Of a stretch of DNA of 24,000 nucleotides, positions 7,501-13,679 are shown in pieces. The stretch comes from Candidatus Woesearchaeota archaeon (GTDB lineage Archaea; Nanobdellota; Nanobdellia; Pacearchaeales; GW2011-AR1). The notes below the pieces were generated by a model, which ran no database searches, was not told the DNA's origin, and saw nothing but the letters and a program-made list of their open reading frames with translations. Positions within the stretch are counted from its first letter, which is position 1. Each line of letters starts with the position of its first letter. The DNA lies in the NCBI GenBank assembly GCA_964354195.1, contig CAYGYN010000044.1, forward strand, positions 10,655 to 34,654, read 5' to 3'. The position numbers and the translations under genes are program-made.

Positions 7501-10500
7501 AGCCCGCTTCCCCTGTCATTGATTATAACTCCCTGATTTGCAGATGTCTTGACCCAAGCCGCCAAAGTATATTGCGTGGTTGAATTCTGAACAAAAGGAG
7601 AGATTATTGAACTATTTACCCCGTTGAACTTGTAATCTCCCTTCCCATCATATCCTCCTGTTGAGTTCCAGACAGCCCTGGAAACAACACCATTGTTCCC
7701 AAGCGAATAATCTTTTGTCCAAGTTGAAGTGCTTCCGCCCTCAAACGGCATATTAAGAACAATTATTGATTGGTTATTTAAGTACCAATTATAAATATTC
7801 TTCACTGAATCATTCTCCAAATCAGAAGTGCTTTGATTATAACATGTTAGATTCTCATTTACAGTATTAGTCCCGTAAGTCGAGCTCAAAATCGGTGGAG
7901 TTTGTGTTGGAGGGAAGTTTGGCGCAAGAGCATTGTAAGTTACATTGAAATAAAAGACATCCCAATAAGCAGTGCCTGTTCCAAATGCAGAGCCCCTAAG
8001 CTCTGATTTCATCTGGCTTCTGTTTCCTGAAGCGCCAAAGAAGTTTGAGCATTGCCAGTTCTTCAGAGCAGTCACATTTCGGCAGATTACCCCTGGATTT
8101 GCTGTTATTCCAGGGCAGGTGGAGTTGATTACTGTAAAATTAGTCCCGTTTTGATTGTCAATTGAAATATTGCAGTCAGAAGTTGAAGAAGTTGAAGCCC
8201 ACCATTCAAAGCAGGCAAGCACTTGTGTTATGTTTGAGCAGTTTGTATTTGTTGAATTGAATTCCATTATCTTCACTCCCCCATAACCTCCATTGTTGTA
8301 TCTCTGTGTCTCATAGAACCCATCATTGCATGTCAGCAAGTCAGCCCCTGAACCGCACGCGCTCGGATAAACGCCATCACAGGCAGAGCCGAACGAACCC
8401 TTGGCAGCCCTTTCCTCGGCAACACAGCTGCTCGTTCCCTCTCTAAATCCAGGGTCAGTTGTATTCATGGTGAAATTATAAGTTCCATCTGCAAGCAATG
8501 CGGCATAGGGTGTCCAAATCTCGTCAACGCATGTGCTTGTCGTAAAATTCCAGTTTATGCACTTCTCAAGGATTCTGAAACCTTCTGTTTCCTCGGGCAG
8601 AGACGTGCCATCCGCAACGATAGTAAAGTCAGTGTTATTGATTCGGGGATATACGGAGAATGAGAAATTCTGGGATGCATTTGCCTGGGAAATATCTATA
8701 ATGCTAGTTATGTTTGAGCTTAAATTAAACCCAAGAATATCAATTGTGTTGATAGTGTGATTAACAGGAGCGACATATATGTCATATATGCCTGTTGCAA
8801 GATTGACAGTGTGATTTATCATTGTCTGATTATAAACAACACTTGAAGTTATGTTTGTTATCCTGAGTGTTGCATTTATCCCATTATTCAGAGGGTCATT
8901 GATGGTTATTGTAAAAGTTACATTTTGTATAGGCGCCTGAGTCCCATTTCCAATTGTCAGGTTGTTTGAATTCTTTGTAATTCCGTCATTCTTCCCGTCA
9001 TTCGGAGTTACAGAACATGTCCAGTTCTGCCCTATAGAAAGTTCCTGGCTGACAATTAAATCTGTTCTGCTACTATACAATGCTTGAATTTGCTGTGCTG
9101 ATAAAGTTTTATTATAAATTCTTATGTCATCAATGCTTCCTGTAAATTTTTGTCCTGTCTGGTACTTGTCTCCAATACCCAGCCCATTTGTGTCATCATA
9201 CGTTCCGATTGGTCCATTAAGTGTTGAATTGCCAACTTCCACCCCATTGATATACAATCTCGCTATTGAGCCGTCATAAGTTCCTGCTGCAAAATACCAT
9301 GTATTATCATTGATTGTTTCTGAATTAACACGAGCTGCATCACTAGCATTAGTTACCTTAAATCTGATTATGTTGGTTGTCCCATTAAATTCAAAACCAT
9401 AAACCCCATATGGAGATATATCATTATTTCCATACCATACTATCTTGGCATAAGAGTTTTGGGTGCCGTTTCTTTTAAACCACGCTGCAATAGTTAGATT
9501 ATAAGTTGGTTCTAGATTATCAGAGCTGCCAACAGTTATAAGGTTAGTAATGCCATCAAAACGATAAGCTCCCTTTCCATTATATCCTCCTGTTGAATTC
9601 CATACAGCTCCTGAAACATTTCCATTGTTGCTTAACCCTGAATAATCCTTTGTGTAAGTTGAATTGCTTCCTCCCTCAAAAGGCATGTTCAAAACTTCAT
9701 AAGCCCTGTTATTCAATTTCCAACTGAAAATGTTCTTCACAGAATCCCCGTCAGCGTCATAGGTTGATTTATTGTAGCAAGTCAGGTTCTCACTTGTCAA
9801 ATTAGTCCCAAAAGTTGAATTCAAAATTGGCGTGCTTTGAGTGGGCAGGGTATTTGCGCAGTTATAAGTATATTCTGTGATATTCCCGAAAACAAATTGA
9901 AGAGTGTGATTGCCTCCAGTCAGAACCTTGCTTGTTTCATATCCGCTCTGATTGTCGCAAGTATAATTGAAATAGTGCACGCTGTTAGTTTCGTTAAGCC
10001 ATGTGTAATTCATGGTAGTATTCCCGCACCTTAACTCAAGGAACTGCAAGTCCCCTGACTCATTAAGATACCATGTTGTTCCATTCGATGCAGTTATTGT
10101 AAGATTTGCCTGTCCTGTTGTGTTAAATCCAACTGTCCAGTTTCCATCCACATATGGATAGCTGTAAAGATTGAGTATTATGAGCTGAAGTTCATATGTC
10201 TGGTTTGAGAGATGTTCAACATTCCACTCAATGTAATCAATCAAGCCATTCTCATTCATGTCAGCTGTTGTGAAATTAACGCTCTCTTTTGTTTCATTAA
10301 CCAGATGATAAAGTCTTATCATATCTGGAGAGGCTTCATAAGGCAGTTCACTAAAAGCAGTTATATCTGTATAGTTTAATTCATCAGGGGCTGAGATAGT
10401 TATAATTTTTCCGCTGCTTGTCTCTTCTTCAAAAGCCTCAGGCGCAGGAGTTTCGTAAGAAATCTCATACTGAGTTGCGTTATCCTCAAGACTGACTTCA

Positions 10501-11930
10501 ACAGGCTGCAAAGATTCATTTTGCTCCTCAGAAATAACTCTTCCTGTGAATCCTCTGCCAAATATGCCTTTTATGAAATCCCATAATCTGCTTATAATTC
10601 CATTTCCTTCGTTATCAGAAACAGCTAATCCTGTCACAAAAGCTCTTGCCTGCTCAGGCTTCTCAGTTTGTTCATCAATCTTGTTGACAGAGACATTCTC
10701 AGCCAAAGGCGGAAGCTCGATTGTTATTTCAGCAGGATTTTCGAGTTCAACAACCTTCTTCCATTTGACAGGCTGTCCCACTCTTATTTTCCCGACCTTT
10801 GAAGTGGTTATTGAGACATTTGTCTCGTTTGTTGTAATGTTCTCGGCAAGAGTCACATTCTCGGAGATAGTTAAATCTTCAAGAGGAACAAAAGGAATCA
10901 AGCCATATTCCAATCCAGTTAGTTTTAATCTTGCATTGTCAAGCTCAATCCTCAGGTTATAGAACTCTTTTGTGAGGTTTAATCCAGCCAAGTCGCAGGT
11001 TTCTTCACATATGCTATTAAACTCTCTCAGAGTTATTTCCTGAGTTGTTTCTTCCACAGAGGTTTTATTTTCTTCTGTTATATTTTCAGAAACAGGAGGA
11101 GTCACCTGCTGGGAAATGCTCTCGTTTTGAGGTGTTCCTCCTCCTGTTTGCTCTGAAGATGAAGGTTCTGAGGGCGTAGTTTCTGTAGTTGTTTCTTCTT
11201 CTGTTGGAATCGTTGGTTCTTGTTCTGATGGGGTTCCAGTTGGAGTTTCTGTAGTTGTTTCACTAGGTGTCTCAGTTGGAGTTTCACTTGGACTTTCTTG
11301 GGAGGATTCAGTTGAATCGGAGGAGGACGAATCTGAAGAAGAATCGGAATCGCCGGATGAATCTGATGATGAATCTGAAGAATCAGAGCTTGAATCAGAA
11401 TCAGATGATGAATCAGAAGAACCAGAATCTCCTTCCAATGCAAAACCAGTTATTGTGGTTCTTCTTTTTGCAATATTTGTGCTGTCAACCACAAGCAAAT
11501 TATCAAGATAAATCTTTATCTCTCCGTCTCCTGCAATCAATCCAGACAACTTGACAAAATCAAGTGTCCCATTTTCCTTAAGCGTGAATTCATAGCTCCC
11601 CGAATTATTGAAAACAACATCTGGAGTTTCAAAATAAGTCTTTGCATTTTCCTTTACCACAAACAAATTGAAGCTGGGACTGAAAAAGAAAAAGCTTGCT
11701 ATAAGAATTAAAAAAACCCCTATAAAACCAAAGCGAATCATAGTCTTCTTGTGCTTCTCATATTCCTCAAGAATTATCTGCTGCTGCCAGAGCCTGTGCC
11801 TATTTTCTTCTATCTGCTGTTTATGATAATCAGCAAGCGCCTGGTCTGGGTCATTAATGTATTTCCTAGAATCTTCTATTCTTCTTGAAAGTTCTTCGAT
11901 TAAAACTCTCGCTACGCGAGCATTTCCCAT
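4575..11930 (-). CDS. Giant (2,451 aa) two-pass surface protein: N-terminal cytoplasmic helix, TM, LamG-rich glycoprotein ectodomain, TM, cytoplasmic tandem-HTH tail
   Basis: A single uninterrupted 7,356-nt ORF. TTTATAAG lies 30 nt upstream of the ATG. Domain evidence is listed in the sub-features below. Confidence 0.9.
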   Translation of the reverse strand: MGNARVARVLIEELSRRIEDSRKYINDPDQALADYHKQQIEENRHRLWQQQIILEEYEKHKKTMIRFGFIGVFLILIASFFFFSPSFNLFVVKENAKTYFETPDVVFNNSGSYEFTLKENGTLDFVKLSGLIAGDGEIKIYLDNLLVVDSTNIAKRRTTITGFALEGDSGSSDSSSDSDSSSDSSDSSSDSSGDSDSSSDSSSSDSTESSQESPSETPTETPSETTTETPTGTPSEQEPTIPTEEETTTETTPSEPSSSEQTGGGTPQNESISQQVTPPVSENITEENKTSVEETTQEITLREFNSICEETCDLAGLNLTKEFYNLRIELDNARLKLTGLEYGLIPFVPLEDLTISENVTLAENITTNETNVSITTSKVGKIRVGQPVKWKKVVELENPAEITIELPPLAENVSVNKIDEQTEKPEQARAFVTGLAVSDNEGNGIISRLWDFIKGIFGRGFTGRVISEEQNESLQPVEVSLEDNATQYEISYETPAPEAFEEETSSGKIITISAPDELNYTDITAFSELPYEASPDMIRLYHLVNETKESVNFTTADMNENGLIDYIEWNVEHLSNQTYELQLIILNLYSYPYVDGNWTVGFNTTGQANLTITASNGTTWYLNESGDLQFLELRCGNTTMNYTWLNETNSVHYFNYTCDNQSGYETSKVLTGGNHTLQFVFGNITEYTYNCANTLPTQSTPILNSTFGTNLTSENLTCYNKSTYDADGDSVKNIFSWKLNNRAYEVLNMPFEGGSNSTYTKDYSGLSNNGNVSGAVWNSTGGYNGKGAYRFDGITNLITVGSSDNLEPTYNLTIAAWFKRNGTQNSYAKIVWYGNNDISPYGVYGFEFNGTTNIIRFKVTNASDAARVNSETINDNTWYFAAGTYDGSIARLYINGVEVGNSTLNGPIGTYDDTNGLGIGDKYQTGQKFTGSIDDIRIYNKTLSAQQIQALYSSRTDLIVSQELSIGQNWTCSVTPNDGKNDGITKNSNNLTIGNGTQAPIQNVTFTITINDPLNNGINATLRITNITSSVVYNQTMINHTVNLATGIYDIYVAPVNHTINTIDILGFNLSSNITSIIDISQANASQNFSFSVYPRINNTDFTIVADGTSLPEETEGFRILEKCINWNFTTSTCVDEIWTPYAALLADGTYNFTMNTTDPGFREGTSSCVAEERAAKGSFGSACDGVYPSACGSGADLLTCNDGFYETQRYNNGGYGGVKIMEFNSTNTNCSNITQVLACFEWWASTSSTSDCNISIDNQNGTNFTVINSTCPGITANPGVICRNVTALKNWQCSNFFGASGNRSQMKSELRGSAFGTGTAYWDVFYFNVTYNALAPNFPPTQTPPILSSTYGTNTVNENLTCYNQSTSDLENDSVKNIYNWYLNNQSIIVLNMPFEGGSTSTWTKDYSLGNNGVVSRAVWNSTGGYDGKGDYKFNGVNSSIISPFVQNSTTQYTLAAWVKTSANQGVIINDRGSGLGKSLTLAIGPLCNSVPGSYCTNSSAGVPAIGLDSDAIWIGLNANRTVNDGNWHFIVGVFNSTSGQAVTSSNFRIYVDGIDASNGIAAIGSYNGSPLTGLNGTRIGWHQPWNNFFNGEIDDVLIFNYTLSSQEIGTIYRNKTNTIVSSELFLWDIWSCQVTPNDGYQDGSTLSSNNLTIIPLQIWTSLLSPPNGTTSTTGNITFQCNATTVNRMSNISLYTNTSGVWNLTRIAYAGEYSYDSSMVFWLHMNNDSLLGENLTYYADSSGLGNHVYCNSNESSSFCPVMNQTGVFPGTNAYIFGSPNALYANDNPALSNMGSSITVTAWIKPSANNFNNTYNANARILDKIAVSASSSSYYLAVDRSRPSVFFRVWNSSGSAVESNYNGTFPEGQWIFVVGRYNGTTVSIYVNGSQDGAGANFPVNNPFSGPILQSTLPLVVGNGRIWPISTSSTSRRPFSGAIDEVAIFNRALSEQEIVNMYTNSLSSNSSMSASFPLNGIANGTYLWNCEARDNESYSAFANDNWTIKVNLGAVNQAPQITYVSAIPAVDLNEGPASTTVNVNFTAYDADGAADLNDSSAMANFTRDGEALRTNLSCAKINTIGNYVNYSCNVQMYWFDGAGAWNVTASVSDLSSSAATNISTYFTVNALTGFVASPSALAFSSLTPGAVNQTATNDPIVLNNTGNQNISLGNIQINSTNLNGESNSLLALFANNFSVGIATGGNAECGATTLSPSAYVSITDAFLPRGNFTVNDGSTGQEQLYFCIRKAGSELIGQAYSTANEGSWTIKILIVGFALAGGRNRKKKRRKNLVEGLLKIKADLRKRNELEKVGVLEEAIRDISERETQEISESERMNIPVTIFSKEIGALETLCKYMKENLGMSYHEIALALNRNERTIWTACHKAQEKRKEKIYVGKTEIFIPSSILGDRKYTVLEAVIVYLKGRGMKFSEIAELVDRDQRNVWTIYSRAVKKN
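4578..5099 (-). other. Cytoplasmic C-terminal tail of the giant protein (res 2278-2451) with two tandem sigma-70 region 4 / LuxR-like HTH repeats
   Basis: The tail starts with the stop-transfer cluster RNRKKKRRK and a charged helix. Repeat A (nt 4767-4898): ALETLCKYMKENLGMSYHEIALALNRNERTIWTACHKAQEKRKE. Repeat B (nt 4578-4706): YTVLEAVIVYLKGRGMKFSEIAELVDRDQRNVWTIYSRAVKKN. Both fit the pattern (hydrophobic)x(Y/F)xEIAxxLxRxxRT/NVWTxxxxA. There are no N-X-S/T sequons in the tail. Confidence 0.6.
5100..5150 (-). other. Second transmembrane segment of the giant protein (GSWTIKILIVGFALAGG)
   Basis: Short hydrophobic stretch immediately followed by nine basic residues in ten (RNRKKKRRKN). Coordinates were checked codon by codon against the reverse complement. 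Confidence 0.6.
5139..5894 (-). repeat. Membrane-proximal 252-aa two-domain module of the giant protein (res 2013-2264), paralogous to 14263-15036
   Basis: APQITYVSAIPAVDLNEGPASTTVNVNF...PRGNFTVNDGSTGQEQLYFCIRKAGSELIGQAYS...WTIKI aligns end to end with residues 54-311 of the 311-aa protein, ~60% aa identity by eye. Identical nucleotide runs include GTTGTTGCTCCGCATTCA and ATTCTGGTTTCCAGTGTT. Confidence 0.85.
5907..6947 (-). other. LamG (concanavalin-A-like lectin, Laminin_G_3-type) module 3, nested in a split beta-sandwich
   Basis: Res 1662-2008. Flank SPPNGTTSTTGNITFQCNA...; core SSITVTAWIKP...GQWIFVVGRYNGTTVSIYVNG...FSGAIDEVAIFNRALSEQEIVNMY; closing strand GTYLWNCEARDNESYSAFANDNWTIKV. Confidence 0.7.
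6966..7913 (-). other. LamG module 2 nested in a split beta-sandwich
   Basis: Res 1340-1655. PPTQTPPILSSTYGTNTVNENLTCYNQSTSDLENDSVKNIYNWYL...LNMPFEGGS...YTLAAWVK...GNWHFIVGVF...FNGEIDDVLIFNYTLSSQEIGTIY...WSCQVTPNDGYQDGSTLSSNNLTI. Confidence 0.75.
8031..8573 (-). other. Cys-rich central domain of the giant protein (12 Cys in ~180 aa)
   Basis: Res ~1120-1300. Cys at 1124, 1134, 1169, 1184, 1192, 1201, 1231, 1240, 1253, 1272, 1283 and 1294 by my indexing. No family recognised. Confidence 0.5.
8961..9848 (-). other. LamG module 1 nested in a split beta-sandwich
   Basis: Res 695-990. LPTQSTPILNSTFGTNLTSENLTCYNKSTYDADGDSVKNIFSWKL...LNMPFEGGS...AYRFDG...LTIAAWFK...NTWYFAAGTYDGSIARLYINGVEVG...FTGSIDDIRIYNKTLSAQQIQALY...WTCSVTPNDGKNDGITKNSNNLTI. 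The first ~100 aa are ~65% identical to module 2 by eye. Confidence 0.8.
11145..11429 (-). repeat. Low-complexity acidic linker: Ser/Asp repeats (res 168-207) then Thr/Glu/Pro repeats (res 208-262)
   Basis: GDSGSSDSSSDSDSSSDSSDSSSDSSGDSDSSSDSSSSD followed by ESPSETPTETPSETTTETPTGTPSEQEPTIPTEEETTTETTPSEP. The DNA is an imperfect GAATC(N)GA(N) tri/hexanucleotide repeat. Alternative-frame ORFs here are artefacts. Confidence 0.85.
11673..11738 (-). other. First transmembrane segment of the giant protein (IRFGFIGVFLILIASFFFFSPS)
   Basis: Res 65-86. It is preceded by a 64-aa charged helical segment ending in KHKKTM (positive-inside rule), and no A-x-A cleavage site follows. Confidence 0.65.
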
Positions 11931-11991
11931 ACTTATCTTGTATGTAAATATACTTATAAATCTATTGGTAATACCTATTATTTATGTAATA
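11928..11991 (-). repeat. Promoter-plus-start-codon repeat copy R1 (functional promoter of the giant gene)
   Basis: CATACTTATCTTGTATGTAAATATACTTATAAATCTATTGGTAATACCTATTATTTATGTAATA. It contains the ATG (11930-11928) and the TATA (11953-11960). About 85% identical to R2, which lies 95 bp upstream. Confidence 0.8.
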
Positions 11992-12022
11992 ATATGAGAT
12001 AGGCTATTTGCCAATTAACATC

Positions 12023-12087
12023 CATACCTATCTTGTATGTAAAAGCCCTTTATAAATTTATTGATAATACCTATTATTTATGTAATA
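12023..12087 (-). repeat. Promoter-plus-start-codon repeat copy R2 (duplicated promoter driving a 15-codon micro-ORF)
   Basis: CATACCTATCTTGTATGTAAAAGCCCTTTATAAATTTATTGATAATACCTATTATTTATGTAATA. It has TTTATAAA at 12049-12056 and an ATG at 12025-12023. That ATG opens MDVNWQIAYLILLHK* (12025..11978). Confidence 0.8.
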
Positions 12088-12141
12088 GCCATGCAAAGAG
12101 TTATTTAACAGTTAGATAGCACAAAACACTAAAAATCGAAA

Positions 12142-13656
12142 TCACTGCTCAAATTTTTCAAGATATTCAGAAGCCTTGCCATCCACAACCATTACTTCCT
12201 TTATTGAATGCACATTGCTGTGCCTCACAAGCGCGTTCTTTTTGTTCAAGTTCTTCGCAATGTGCGGCTCAAGCGCAATCAGCCAGCCATATATCTTGTT
12301 ATCCTCAAGATAAACTTCACTCACATGCCCTAGTTTGTTCCCATTCATCCCATATACCCGCAAATTCATTGCATCTGTGAGCCCATTCAGTTTTCCCTTG
12401 TGCTTTCTCTTCGCTCCAGCCCCAATAACTCCTCTCTCAAGCAGAGGAATCAGATATCTCACCAGAACAATTGAAATAAGACTAGCAAGCAATGCAATCA
12501 CAAGCATTATCCAGAACAAGTCTATCCAGTTTATTGCAAATACAGTTGTTACAGGGGCAGGCTTTTCCTCCTGTACTTCATCAACATCGCACCTGCCATT
12601 CTGATTTGCATCAAGACAGCATTCTAATCCTCGGGGTATGTAAGGAGAACTGCAGCTTGCGCACGCAATGATTCCTGTCTCGCCTTCACTCTGATTAATG
12701 CATTCAATTATCTGAGGCTGGGAATAATTTGTCTGATAAACTACCCTGGTGCCTCCGCCTCCACCGCCGCCAACAGTCACTATCACAACAGGTTCAGGCG
12801 ATTCATCAGCAGAATAATTCGAAAATCCAGTTACTCTGAATCTTAAATTTCCGGATGAATAATCTTCTTTGGTGCAAATGCTATCTGGGCAAACAACGCC
12901 ATTCCTCAATATTCTTGGATTTGTGAAATTCAATCCATAAAGCCATAATGTTGAAGAAACATTGAAATTAGGCAGCTCGTCAGCATTTAATTCAATCCTA
13001 TTGAATAATATATTCACATTGTTCTCAACGTCAACCACTCCGTCAAAATTATGGTCCTTATCATCAGTCACATTCAAACAATCGTCAAACTCTATTTTTC
13101 CATAATTAACATCTTCAAGAATAGTGTTGCAGAAATTCTGCAAATCTTCAAATGTATATGTATAGAAATCTGTTGAGCCTCCGCTGAAAGATGTCTTGAA
13201 TTCCCCCAGGTAGATAATTCTCAACAGCGTTGTATTGACAACAAACTGCAATCCCTCGCTAGTCTGCCCCTGGCTGTTGTTTGCATAAACCCTGATAATA
13301 TGGGTTCCATCTCCAGCAGTGAAATGAAGAGAATGGGGTATATTTGGGATATAGGTGTCTGCTGAGCCATCAAGAACATACCACGCATCATAAGCGCTGT
13401 AAACACTATAATTCAAAAGCAAACTTTCATTTATGTAAGTTCCGTTCTTAGGGGAATAGATAATTACCCCTGGAAGGCTTACAACATAAACCCTCAAATC
13501 AACAGGCTGTTCTGTCGCCTCACCTGTAACCGAAACGCTGCCAGTTATGCCTGCGCGCGAGCCATTCTCAACAACCAATATTGCAGATGCATAAGAACTG
13601 GAAATAATTAAAAAAACAATTGCTAAAAACAGCGATAAAATCAAATACCTCTTCAT
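12142..13656 (-). CDS. Type-I surface glycoprotein with C-terminal TM helix and cytoplasmic PRC-barrel domain
   Basis: Start refined to the ATG at 13656 (MKRYLILSLFLAIVFLIISSSYASA signal). The ORF-track start is a TTG 4 codons upstream, and an ATTTAAAT box lies 30 nt upstream of the ATG. The ectodomain is sequon-rich with a Gly7 linker and a Cys cluster (CINQ...CASCSS...CCLDANQNGRCD). TM helix LFWIMLVIALLASLISIVLVRYLIPLL (12439-12519). The 98-aa tail LNGLTDAMNLRVYGMNGNKLGHVSEVYLEDNKIYGWLIALEP...VMVVDG (12181-12390) fits the PRC-barrel pattern. Confidence 0.85.
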   Translation of the reverse strand: MKRYLILSLFLAIVFLIISSSYASAILVVENGSRAGITGSVSVTGEATEQPVDLRVYVVSLPGVIIYSPKNGTYINESLLLNYSVYSAYDAWYVLDGSADTYIPNIPHSLHFTAGDGTHIIRVYANNSQGQTSEGLQFVVNTTLLRIIYLGEFKTSFSGGSTDFYTYTFEDLQNFCNTILEDVNYGKIEFDDCLNVTDDKDHNFDGVVDVENNVNILFNRIELNADELPNFNVSSTLWLYGLNFTNPRILRNGVVCPDSICTKEDYSSGNLRFRVTGFSNYSADESPEPVVIVTVGGGGGGGTRVVYQTNYSQPQIIECINQSEGETGIIACASCSSPYIPRGLECCLDANQNGRCDVDEVQEEKPAPVTTVFAINWIDLFWIMLVIALLASLISIVLVRYLIPLLERGVIGAGAKRKHKGKLNGLTDAMNLRVYGMNGNKLGHVSEVYLEDNKIYGWLIALEPHIAKNLNKKNALVRHSNVHSIKEVMVVDGKASEYLEKFEQ

Positions 13657-13679
13657 AAAAATATCCAAGCAACTATATT

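Noticed and set aside
4959-10962. Plus-strand ORFs of 60-138 aa inside the giant gene (e.g. 6506-6817, 8533-8760, 10546-10962)
   Set aside because: All are antisense shadows of one long, domain-rich minus-strand ORF. They have no promoter geometry and low-complexity or hydrophobic nonsense translations.
11102-11554. ORFs 11102-11443 (-) and 11267-11554 (+) with Q/L/H/K-rich or N/M/Q-rich translations
   Set aside because: They are alternative-frame readings of the S/D-T/E/P trinucleotide-repeat tract of the giant gene. Repeat periodicity keeps all frames open.
11928-12087. Possible CRISPR-like or mobile-element terminal repeats
   Set aside because: There are only two copies. They contain a TATA box and a start codon, so they are a promoter duplication. 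There are no cas genes, no spacer-repeat periodicity and no transposase.
12749-12781. Gly7 tract as a slippage-prone homopolymer phase-variation switch
   Set aside because: The glycines are encoded by mixed GGN codons (the plus strand reads GCCTCCGCCTCCACCGCCGCC), not a mononucleotide run.
13657-13668. ORF-track N-terminal extensions starting at TTG (also 23033-23047 and 23811-23825)
   Set aside because: In each case an in-frame ATG a few codons downstream sits 29-30 nt from a TATA box. For P3 that ATG also matches the paralogs' MKIEVNL start. The TTG extensions would lie upstream of the predicted transcription start.
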